Shown here piece by piece: positions 8,894 to 16,791 of a stretch of 64,000 nt of DNA. Under the pieces are notes generated by a model. That model made no database searches. It was given only the letters and a program-made list of their open reading frames with translations, and was not told the DNA's origin. Both the position numbers and the translations under genes were made by a program. Within the stretch, counting starts at the first letter, position 1, and the number at the start of each line of letters is the position of its first letter. This DNA comes from an uncultured delta proteobacterium (GTDB lineage: Bacteria; Myxococcota_A; Polyangia; Polyangiales; JAFGIB01). The DNA is taken from positions 736,001 to 800,000 of the forward strand of contig CAVZVA010000003.1 in assembly GCA_963778655.1 (NCBI GenBank). Direction: 5' to 3'.

Positions 8894-9750
8894 AGCATCC
8901 CTGCCAAGCAGTGGTAGTGCGCTACTCGCCCGACCCGGCGTCCGGCGAGCTGCTCAATATCGGGGTCGTGGTGCTCTCGCCTGGGCACCGCTTCATGGGC
9001 GCGCGCTTCCTCGATTCCTGGGCGCGAGTCGCGCAGGCGTTCCCCGAGGCGGATAAAGTCCACCTGCGTCGGATTGCGTCGGCGCTCGAACGCTCTTGCG
9101 AGCGGTACTTCACAGGCAACCAACTGCCGCTGCAAGAACCGAGCAGCGCCATCGACGTGGCATTCGACGCCGCGCTGCCGCGGGAGGACGCTGCGATCGT
9201 GCGTTCGGCGCCGCTGACCGGCATCACATCGAATCCCGAGCGCACGCTGACCGAGCTATTTGAGCGCTACGTCGCTGCGCGCGATCCGGTAGAGCGCCGC
9301 ATCACGCGCGATGACGATGCCGTTTGGCGAGGTGTGAGCGCGCTGCTCAAGGCAAAGGACGTGCTCGGGCGGCTAGAGCCGCGCACAGTCGAAGGCCCGC
9401 ATCACTTCAAAGTGCACTTCGAGCACGCTTGGCAAAATGGGCGCTGGAACGTGACCAGAGCCCTGTCCTTCGACTTGCTCGATCCGGACGGTATCGCCAT
9501 CAAGGCGGCGAGTTGGAGCGGCCGCATTCTGGCCCTCGACGCCGATCGTGAGGTGGGCTTCCACCTGGTGGTCGGCATGCCCTCGGCCGAAGCGCCAGCC
9601 GACGTCCGAACCGCGGCAGCGGATGCGATCGCCATCCTCAAGGACCAGCTCGAAGCCGGCGAGCGTGCCGAGATCATCCCCGAAGGCGAAGCGGCCTCGT
9701 TCGCCGAGCGCGTGGCACGCGAGATCCTGGACCACGAAGCGGCCGAGTAG
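8878..9750 (+). CDS. DUF3037 domain protein
   Basis: VVRYSPDPASGELLNIGVVV signature; overlaps kinase stop by 16 nt. Confidence 0.88.
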   Translation: MPGPVKHPCQAVVVRYSPDPASGELLNIGVVVLSPGHRFMGARFLDSWARVAQAFPEADKVHLRRIASALERSCERYFTGNQLPLQEPSSAIDVAFDAALPREDAAIVRSAPLTGITSNPERTLTELFERYVAARDPVERRITRDDDAVWRGVSALLKAKDVLGRLEPRTVEGPHHFKVHFEHAWQNGRWNVTRALSFDLLDPDGIAIKAASWSGRILALDADREVGFHLVVGMPSAEAPADVRTAAADAIAILKDQLEAGERAEIIPEGEAASFAERVAREILDHEAAE

Positions 9751-9837
9751 CCGGGGCTGCTTGCGCGGGCCGGCATCGAGCCAAGCCGGGCGCCCCGATC
9801 GACCGGCGATGGGTGCTCACGACCGGCACGCGCAGGC

Positions 9838-10068
9838 TCAGGGTCGGCTATCGGGGGGCCGCAGCAGCTCCCAGGGCTCGACCTCAAGCACAGGGGCGAT
9901 CTTTGCGAGCCAGTCCGTGGTGGCGTCCTTCGTGCCACCGAGGACATCGAAAAGCTGGGCGCGGCTGACGTCGGCGAAGTCCGCCAGCGCGTTGAGCGTG
10001 ATGCCGCGCTCCTCGGCGAAGCGCCGGATGTTCGACGCCACGATGCTGCGGAGATCGAGCGCAGCCAC
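9838..10068 (-). CDS. Small XRE-family HTH regulator (controller-protein-like)
   Basis: VASNIRRFAEERGITLNALAD...WLAKIAPVLEVEPWELL. Confidence 0.85.
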   Translation of the reverse strand: MAALDLRSIVASNIRRFAEERGITLNALADFADVSRAQLFDVLGGTKDATTDWLAKIAPVLEVEPWELLRPPDSRP

Positions 10069-10100
10069 CTGCCCAGGCTAGGGGGGCCGTCGCGTTGTGG

Positions 10101-10118
10101 AGTCCGCTATAGCGGACT
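10101..10118. promoter_or_regulatory. Perfect 18-bp palindrome, probable operator of the adjacent XRE
   Basis: AGTCCGCTATAGCGGACT lies in the 64-bp gap between divergent XRE (10068) and TPR (10133) starts. Confidence 0.7.
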
Positions 10119-10132
10119 ATCATCTCGGCGCC

Positions 10133-10810
10133 ATGAGCGCGGCGCTGCGCGGGACTTTACGAAGCGCGATGGCGCTGGCTTGGCTCCTGGCCGGCACTGC
10201 CGTCGCCCAGCCTCGCGCAGGTGAGACGGCCAACGACGACGTGGCGCGGGGGCTGTTCGAGGCGGGCACGGCGGCCTACAAGGCGGGCAACTACGGGGAG
10301 GCCCTGCAGCTCTACGAGCAGGCCTACGCGAGAAGTCCACGACCCGCCCTGCTGTACAACATCGGGCAGGTTGCGGATCGCCTGCGTGACGACCGCAAAG
10401 CGCTTGCCTCGTTCGAGGCGTATCTCGATCAGCTGCCCAATGCGCCGAACCGCGCGGAGGTGGAGCACCGGATTGACGCGCTGAAAGAGGCGCGCAAAGC
10501 GCTCGGGGCGCCGGCGACGACGCCACCGAGTCCCGTGGGCCCGACCTCGAGGGCGCCCACGCCGGCTCAGGCAGCCGCACAAGGCGGCGCAAAGCGGCCG
10601 CCGGAGGCAGCCGCAGTGGTGCCAGCTGGCGTCGACACCCGTGGGGCCGCCGGCGGCTCGGGAGCGGTCACGAGCCAATGGTGGTTCTGGACGGGCGTCG
10701 GCGCGGTCCTCCTGGCTGGAGCTGCTGTTGGCCTCGCCGTCGCGCTAGCCAGCGGCCCTGGGCCGGCGGCTCCGTACCAGGGCAACGGCGGCTCTCTGCG
10801 AGGCCCCTAG
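10133..10810 (+). CDS. Exported TPR protein with C-terminal membrane segment
   Basis: Signal peptide, ARGLFEAGTAAYKAGNYGEAL...LLYNIGQ TPR, Pro/Ala linker, WWFWTGVGAV TM helix. Confidence 0.85.
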   Translation: MSAALRGTLRSAMALAWLLAGTAVAQPRAGETANDDVARGLFEAGTAAYKAGNYGEALQLYEQAYARSPRPALLYNIGQVADRLRDDRKALASFEAYLDQLPNAPNRAEVEHRIDALKEARKALGAPATTPPSPVGPTSRAPTPAQAAAQGGAKRPPEAAAVVPAGVDTRGAAGGSGAVTSQWWFWTGVGAVLLAGAAVGLAVALASGPGPAAPYQGNGGSLRGP

Positions 10811-10828
10811 CGGCGAGCGAGGTGAGGG

Positions 10829-12655
10829 ATGCACTTGGCAACGATGCGAGCACCGTGGGCCGCGCTGACGCTCTGCGCGGCCTTGTCGAGTTGCACTTCG
10901 CGCCCGTCGCCGGTCACGCAGGTGCTGGTGGCGGTCACCAGCGACTTCACGCCGCAGTCGGAGCTGTCGCGGATCGAGATCAGAGTGAGCCGGCGTGACG
11001 GCTCCGACGTGACCGCGATGCGCGAGTTCTCGATCGTCGCGACCACCCCAAAGCCGGGCCAGAAAGAGCTGCCGCTGACGTTCTCAGTCACCAAGGGCAG
11101 CAACGATTCTTTCCTGCTCGTGGTCACGGGCTACGGCCCGCTGGGCCCCAACGGCACCGATGCGAAGGTCGTCGAGCAACGCGCCATTGCGACGTTCGAA
11201 CGCGGCAAAAGCTTGCTGCTGCAGATCTTCCTCGGTCGGGTCTGCATGAACGAGTTCTGCGACGACCCGGACACCCAGGTTTGCTATCCGGCGGACATGG
11301 GCGCCGTGAGGGCCGGTGAGTGCGGTCGGATCCTCGCCCTGGACAGCAGCACCCTCAAGGCGCTCGACGTCCGGAAGCTTCCCGACCTCGCCCAGCTGCC
11401 GAAGGGAGTGAAGCACGTGGACGGGGGCACTGCTGACGCCGCGAGCGACGCCGAGGCCGCAGATGCAGGGACCCGCGGGACCGGCGGCGCCACGGGGGAT
11501 GCGGGAAGCGGCGGTCAAGGTGGCGTTGGCGGCGCAATGACTCCCGATCCGTGCGCCACGGCCCACGGCGGCTGCGATCCGCTCGTGACCTGCTCGCCAA
11601 AGGGCAGCATTGCGTCCTGCGGCGCGTGCCCGAGCGGCTACAAGGACACGAACGGCGACGGGACCGCCTGCAAGGACATCGACGAGTGCGCGACCAGCAA
11701 CGGTGGCTGCGGCAGCGCGACGTCCTACACGTGCAAGAACAACATCGGAGCGGCACCAACTTGCACCCTCATCGGTAGCTGCTCCGCCACCAACGTGTGC
11801 ACAGCGGACTACCCGTGCCAGATTCTAGGCGCGTCGTACACGTGCCGTGGGCAATTCGCAGACTGGCCGCCGAGCGATGTCCCCCCGGCCTTCACGGACA
11901 ACGGCGATGGCACCGTCACGGACTCGCGCGGCGGACTCACGTGGCAGCAGACTGTGGATCCGATCGGGTATGCCTGGCTCGATGCGAAGAACCACTGCGC
12001 GGGTCTGTCGCTTGCAGGCTCGGGATGGCGGCTACCCACGAAGGCGGAGCTGGAGTCCTTGGTCAACGTGAGTAGATACAGCCCGGCGATGGACACCGTC
12101 GCGTTTCCGAGCGCACTAGCCGAGCAGACGTGGTCGTCCTCGCCAGCGCTCAACGCCGCGGGCGACGCGTGGATCGTCGTATTCGGCGACGGCGACTCCA
12201 CCGTCAGCGGTCCGCTTGAAGGTCGGAGTGTGCGGTGCGTGCGAAGCAGCGCTCCGGTGTTCGCATCGAGTGGTAGCGGCGGAGCGCCGCCTGGGCGCTA
12301 CACCGACAACCTCGACGGGACCGTGTCCGATATGCGCACGAAGCTCACGTGGCAGCAGGCCGTGGACCCGAACTCGTACACCCAGGCCAACGCGAGCAGC
12401 TACTGCGCCGCCCTGACGCTGGCGAGTGGTGGCTGGCGGTTGCCCAAGTACTCCGAGCTGCTCACGCTGGTCGATCCGACCAGCAACGCGCCCGCCATTG
12501 ACGGGACCGCATTCCCGAACACGCCGCCCGAGATCTTTTGGACGTCGTCGGCTTACGCAGCATCGACCGGCGTCGCCTGGTACGTGAACTTTCAAGACGG
12601 CCAGACGACCGACGACGCCAGCAGCGCCATGCACCGCGTCCGCTGCGTGCGTTGA
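10829..12655 (+). CDS. Lipoprotein with EGF-like repeats and two DUF1566 (Lcl C-terminal, C-type-lectin-like) domains
   Basis: Lipobox ALSSC; CKDIDEC EGF-Ca motif; two DNxDGTVxD..LTWQQ...GWRLP..EL..LV...VRCVR units. Confidence 0.88.
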   Translation: MHLATMRAPWAALTLCAALSSCTSRPSPVTQVLVAVTSDFTPQSELSRIEIRVSRRDGSDVTAMREFSIVATTPKPGQKELPLTFSVTKGSNDSFLLVVTGYGPLGPNGTDAKVVEQRAIATFERGKSLLLQIFLGRVCMNEFCDDPDTQVCYPADMGAVRAGECGRILALDSSTLKALDVRKLPDLAQLPKGVKHVDGGTADAASDAEAADAGTRGTGGATGDAGSGGQGGVGGAMTPDPCATAHGGCDPLVTCSPKGSIASCGACPSGYKDTNGDGTACKDIDECATSNGGCGSATSYTCKNNIGAAPTCTLIGSCSATNVCTADYPCQILGASYTCRGQFADWPPSDVPPAFTDNGDGTVTDSRGGLTWQQTVDPIGYAWLDAKNHCAGLSLAGSGWRLPTKAELESLVNVSRYSPAMDTVAFPSALAEQTWSSSPALNAAGDAWIVVFGDGDSTVSGPLEGRSVRCVRSSAPVFASSGSGGAPPGRYTDNLDGTVSDMRTKLTWQQAVDPNSYTQANASSYCAALTLASGGWRLPKYSELLTLVDPTSNAPAIDGTAFPNTPPEIFWTSSAYAASTGVAWYVNFQDGQTTDDASSAMHRVRCVR

Positions 12656-12866
12656 CCCCATGGCGCCCGTGCGGCTGGCTCGCGAGCGCAATGAACGCCC
12701 CCGCGAGAGCCGGCCCCATGCGCGAGCCTAACTCTGCCGTCACCTGGCGGGCAGGCCCTTATCAAGCCTTGGAGGAGGCCCATCGAGGGACGCAACCCAC
12801 GGAGATATCAGCGCTATTCTGGCAGGCTCCCAGAGGCCCGGAATAGATATCGTGTAAGACCCTCGC

Positions 12867-13262
12867 GTGCACCGCACGCTGACCAGGATCGACCCGGGGA
12901 CCTCGCGCGCCTCTGATGACGTGGAGGGCAGGCCGGCCCTGCGGTGGCTGACGAAAGCCGAAGCGGCAGCCCATATCCGGTGCTCGGTTCGAACATTCGA
13001 GCGGCACCTGCTCCCGCACTTGCCCCGCGTCCCAATTGGAAGCCGAGTGCTGTTCGCGTTGGAGGACATCAACACATGGCTCGAAGCCCAGAAGGTTGGG
13101 CCCTCGTCAGGAGCGGCCGGCCACAGAACAAGACTTGGTTCGTCCGTTTCACCCACGGCGGATATCGGATCAAGCGATCCACGGGTGAGACGGAGGTTGG
13201 CCGAGCTAAGGAAGCCGCCGCGCGTATCTACGCGGCCTTTGTCTCGGGTCGCGAGGAAGTAG
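12867..13262 (+). CDS. Excisionase-like HTH protein overlapping the integrase 5' end
   Basis: WLTKAEAAAHIRCSVRTFER...RVPIGSRVLFALEDINTWLE winged-HTH pattern; start uncertain. Confidence 0.75.
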   Translation: MHRTLTRIDPGTSRASDDVEGRPALRWLTKAEAAAHIRCSVRTFERHLLPHLPRVPIGSRVLFALEDINTWLEAQKVGPSSGAAGHRTRLGSSVSPTADIGSSDPRVRRRLAELRKPPRVSTRPLSRVARK

Positions 13263-14182
13263 CCGGGCCTCGGCCAAAAGCCTCTGCCGAACCGCTCGAC
13301 GTTCTGCTCGCGCACTGGCTGACCGACCTCGAGTCGTCGCTCGATGAGACGACCGTGGACCAGTACGCGATGTACGCGCGCCGGTTTATCCCTTTCTTTC
13401 GCAGGCTCGAGCGCATCACCAAAAGCACCGCGGCTGACTATTCGCGAGCGCGGCTCCGCGAGGTGCGACGGAAGACCCTGCTCAAGGAGCTGTCGGCGTT
13501 GCGCGGCTTTCTGGCATGGTGCGTGGAAAAGAATCTCCTACCAGAAGGGCCACTGATCGAGTCGCCAAGCCGCAAGTCCGTTGGCCAGCCGGATCCGAAG
13601 GGTCGATTCAAGCGCGGGCACGTAGACCTCTGCGAAGCGGAGGTGGAGGCCATCCTGGCCGCGCTGCCGCGGCAGTCACGCCGGGGCCTCGTGGCACGGG
13701 CCTTCTTCCGAGTGCTCTGGGAGACAGGCCTGCGCCCCGGCACAGTCGCAGCGCTGCGCGCGCCGGACGACTATCGAAAGGGCAGCTCGGTCTTGGTGGT
13801 CCGCGATGAGGCCGACAAGAACCGGTTCGGTCGCCAGTTGCCACTGACCGACAAAGCGCGCGAGGCGCTCGATCAGGTCTGCCCGGATATCGGCCTGCTC
13901 TTCGGCGCCCACCGCCTGCGAGAGACGCTCCGAGCTGCTGCGCACCGCGCACAGCTTCCCGACGGCAAGGCAGAGCGCATCACGAGCTACGACTTCCGGC
14001 ACGCGCGGCTGACGTTCATGGCCAGTGCAACGCCCGACCTGGTTGGGATCGCGTATCTCGCCGGGCACCGGCGGGTCAGCACCACCGCGCTCTACGTCCA
14101 TGGAAACGAGAAGGCGGCAGCCGAGGTGCTGGCGAGCCTCAGCGCTCCGAGCCTGCCTCGAGGCCGTTCGGAGACCCCATGA
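13076..14182 (+). CDS. int: Tyrosine recombinase / integrase
   Basis: GGAGG RBS at 13061; arm-binding-like N-terminus (WFVRFTHGG.RIKRSTG); ETGLRPG, YDFRH, LAGH, TALY catalytic motifs. Confidence 0.92.
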   Translation: MARSPEGWALVRSGRPQNKTWFVRFTHGGYRIKRSTGETEVGRAKEAAARIYAAFVSGREEVAGPRPKASAEPLDVLLAHWLTDLESSLDETTVDQYAMYARRFIPFFRRLERITKSTAADYSRARLREVRRKTLLKELSALRGFLAWCVEKNLLPEGPLIESPSRKSVGQPDPKGRFKRGHVDLCEAEVEAILAALPRQSRRGLVARAFFRVLWETGLRPGTVAALRAPDDYRKGSSVLVVRDEADKNRFGRQLPLTDKAREALDQVCPDIGLLFGAHRLRETLRAAAHRAQLPDGKAERITSYDFRHARLTFMASATPDLVGIAYLAGHRRVSTTALYVHGNEKAAAEVLASLSAPSLPRGRSETP

Positions 14183-14251
14183 GCACGCGCCGAAAACCTG
14201 GCACACACGAGCCCGGTCCAACGCCACGAGGAAGGGGTGCGCGCACCGCGC

Positions 14252-14372
14252 GATCGTGATCGCCGAGATCGCGGCATCGTGATCGCTGAGATCGCGGCAT
14301 GGTGATCGCCGAGATCGGCATCGTGATCGCCGAGATCGGGGTCGTGATCGGCCAGATCGGGGCATCGTGATC
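14252..14372. repeat. IS21 left-end subterminal tandem repeats (~21-23 bp unit, 5-6 copies)
   Basis: ATCGTGATCGCCGAGATC(GC)GGC repeated; about three inverted cores GATCACGATGC at 16821-16876. Confidence 0.9.
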
Positions 14373-14479
14373 ACTCCCAGCTAGGGACTGGTCGCGGAGC
14401 GCGCAGACTCGCGGGCCGCGAGGCGGAGCAGGCGACGGCAGAAGGGCTCGAGCAGGTCCCGTCCTCGAAGGAGGAACGG

Positions 14480-16024
14480 ATGGCGAACGAGCGACTGCCC
14501 ATGCGCAAGGTACTGGAGATTCTACGACTGAAGTGGGAGCTGCGGCTGTCGAACCGGCGGGTGGCGCGCAGCGCTGGAGTCAGCCCGGCGACGGTGGTCA
14601 ACGTGCTGCGGCGCGCGGCGACCGCCGGGCTGAGCACGTACGGCCAGGCGCGGCAGCTTGGCGAGGCTGAGCTCGAGGCGGCGCTGTACCCCGAGAGCGC
14701 AGCGGCGGCGCTGATCGCGCGGCCGGAGCCGGACTGCGCGTGGATCCACCGCGAGCGCGCGCGGCCGGGGGTGACGCTGCAACTGCTGCACCTGGAGTAC
14801 CTGGAGGCCAACCCCGGCGGCTACCAGTACACGGCGTTCTGTGACCGCTACCGGGAGTTTCTCAAGCGTCGCGGGCTGGTGATGCGCCAGCACCACATCG
14901 CCGGCGACAAGATGTTCGTCGACTACTCGGGCAAGAAGCCGACGCTGGTCGACCCGGTGACGGGCGAAGTGATCGAGGTCGAGCTGTTCGTCGCGGTGCT
15001 GGGGGCATCGAGCTACACATACGCGGAGGCGACGTACAGCCAGCAGGTGACCGACTTCGTGGGCAGCCACGTTCGGGCGTTCTCGTTCTTCGGCGGCGTC
15101 GCCCGCGCGCTCGTTCCCGACAACCTCAAGAGCGGGGTGACCCGGGCGTGCTTCTACGAACCGACGGTGCAGCGTAGCTACGAGCACATGGCGCTGCACT
15201 ACGGCACCGCGGTGCTGCCGGCGCACAAGGGCAAGCCTCGGCACAAGGCCAAGGTCGAGGTCGGGGTGCAGGTCGCGCAGCGCTGGATCCTGGCGCGGCT
15301 GCGCAACCGGGTGTTTCACACCCTGGCGGCGCTCAACGAAGCGATCGCGCAGTGCCTGCACGACCTCAACCGGCGAACGATGCGCGAGTACGGCAAGAGC
15401 CGGCTCGAGTTGTTCGAGGCGACGGAGCGAGCGCAGCTGCTGCCGCTGCCGGTCGACCGCTACGAGATCACCGAGTGGAAGAAGGCCACGGTCAACATCG
15501 ACTACCACGTCGCCTTCGGCGAGCGCTTGTACTCGGTGCCGCATCGCTACGTCGGCGAAGAGGTCTGGCTGTGCGCGACGGCCACCATGGTCGAGGTCCA
15601 GTTGCGCGGCCGCCGCGTCGCGTTGCACCAGCGCCAGGGTCGCGACCGCTACGCGACGGTCCCCGCGCACATGCCGAGCGCTCACCGCCAGCACGCAGAG
15701 TGGACGCCGTCGCGCATTCTGTCGTGGGCAGAAACGCTGGGCCCCTCGACGCACGCCCTCTGCAGCGCGATCTTGGCCGACCGGCCGCACCCCGAGCAGG
15801 GCTTTCGCTCGTGCCTGGGCATTCTGCGCCTGGCCAAGAAGTACGGCGATGGCCGCGTCGAGAACGCCTGCGCGCGCTGCTTCGCGGCTCACGCCCGCTC
15901 CTACCGCAGCGTCGAGTCCGTGCTGCGGCTGGGCCTGGACTCGCAGCCGACGCTCGAGGCCGACGTGGCGCAGGCTCCGGTCGAGCACGACAACGTGCGC
16001 GGCCCCGATTACTTCGTGAACTGA
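14480..16024 (+). CDS. istA: IS21 DDE transposase
   Basis: GDKMFVDYSG, LVPDNLKSGV, KAKVEVGV motifs. Confidence 0.97.
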   Translation: MANERLPMRKVLEILRLKWELRLSNRRVARSAGVSPATVVNVLRRAATAGLSTYGQARQLGEAELEAALYPESAAAALIARPEPDCAWIHRERARPGVTLQLLHLEYLEANPGGYQYTAFCDRYREFLKRRGLVMRQHHIAGDKMFVDYSGKKPTLVDPVTGEVIEVELFVAVLGASSYTYAEATYSQQVTDFVGSHVRAFSFFGGVARALVPDNLKSGVTRACFYEPTVQRSYEHMALHYGTAVLPAHKGKPRHKAKVEVGVQVAQRWILARLRNRVFHTLAALNEAIAQCLHDLNRRTMREYGKSRLELFEATERAQLLPLPVDRYEITEWKKATVNIDYHVAFGERLYSVPHRYVGEEVWLCATATMVEVQLRGRRVALHQRQGRDRYATVPAHMPSAHRQHAEWTPSRILSWAETLGPSTHALCSAILADRPHPEQGFRSCLGILRLAKKYGDGRVENACARCFAAHARSYRSVESVLRLGLDSQPTLEADVAQAPVEHDNVRGPDYFVN

Positions 16025-16047
16025 ATCGAGAAAGGACAACAGCCACG

Positions 16048-16791
16048 ATGATGACCGAACCCACGCTCGACAAACTCCGCACCCTCAAGCTCTACACCAT
16101 GGCCACCGCCTGGATCGCCCAGCGCGAGGACCCTTCAGCGGCCGAGCTCAGCTTCGACGAGCGGCTGGCGCTGCTGGTCGAGGCCGAGACGCTCGCCCGC
16201 GACAACAAGCGCCTGCAGAAGCTGCTGCACGACGCCAAGCTCCGCATTCCCGGCGCCTGCATGGAGGACGTCGACCTCAGCCCCAAGCGCGAGCTCGACA
16301 AGCCGCTCTTGCGCCAGCTCGCGACCGGGCGCTGGATCGGCGAGCACACCAACTTGCTCATCACCGGGATGACCGGCGTGGGCAAAAGCTATCTCGGCTG
16401 TGCGCTCGGCCAGCTGGCCTGCCGCTTGGGCTTCCGCGTCGCCTACAAGCGCGTCCCGCGGCTCTTCGAGGAGCTCGGTCTGGCTCACGCCGACGGCACC
16501 TACGTCCGCCTGCTCGCCCGGCTCGCCAAGGTCGATGTCCTCATCCTCGACGACTGGGGCCTGGCACCGCTGGCCGACCAGCAACGCCGCGACGTCCTGG
16601 AGATTCTCGAGGACCGCCATGGCGCTCGCTCCACCATCGTGACCAGCCAACTTCCCGTCGAAAACTGGCACGACTACATCGCCCATCCCACCATCGCCGA
16701 CGCCGTCCTCGACCGCCTCGTCCACAACGCACACAAGATCAAGATGAAGGGTCCCTCACGTCGAAAGGAGAAAGCTCAAACCGCCGCCTGA
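16048..16791 (+). CDS. istB: IS21 helper AAA+ ATPase
   Basis: GMTGVGKS Walker A, LILDDWG Walker B, ADAVLDRLVH. Confidence 0.97.
   Translation: MMTEPTLDKLRTLKLYTMATAWIAQREDPSAAELSFDERLALLVEAETLARDNKRLQKLLHDAKLRIPGACMEDVDLSPKRELDKPLLRQLATGRWIGEHTNLLITGMTGVGKSYLGCALGQLACRLGFRVAYKRVPRLFEELGLAHADGTYVRLLARLAKVDVLILDDWGLAPLADQQRRDVLEILEDRHGARSTIVTSQLPVENWHDYIAHPTIADAVLDRLVHNAHKIKMKGPSRRKEKAQTAA

Noticed and set aside
11890..12860. Diversity-generating retroelement targeting DUF1566
   Set aside because: No reverse transcriptase or template repeat in the window; the two DUF1566 copies differ broadly, not only at adenines
14252..14372. Possible CRISPR array or iterons
   Set aside because: No unique spacers; repeats lie inside the IS21 left end and recur inverted at the right end, as expected for IS21 transposase-binding sites; no cas genes
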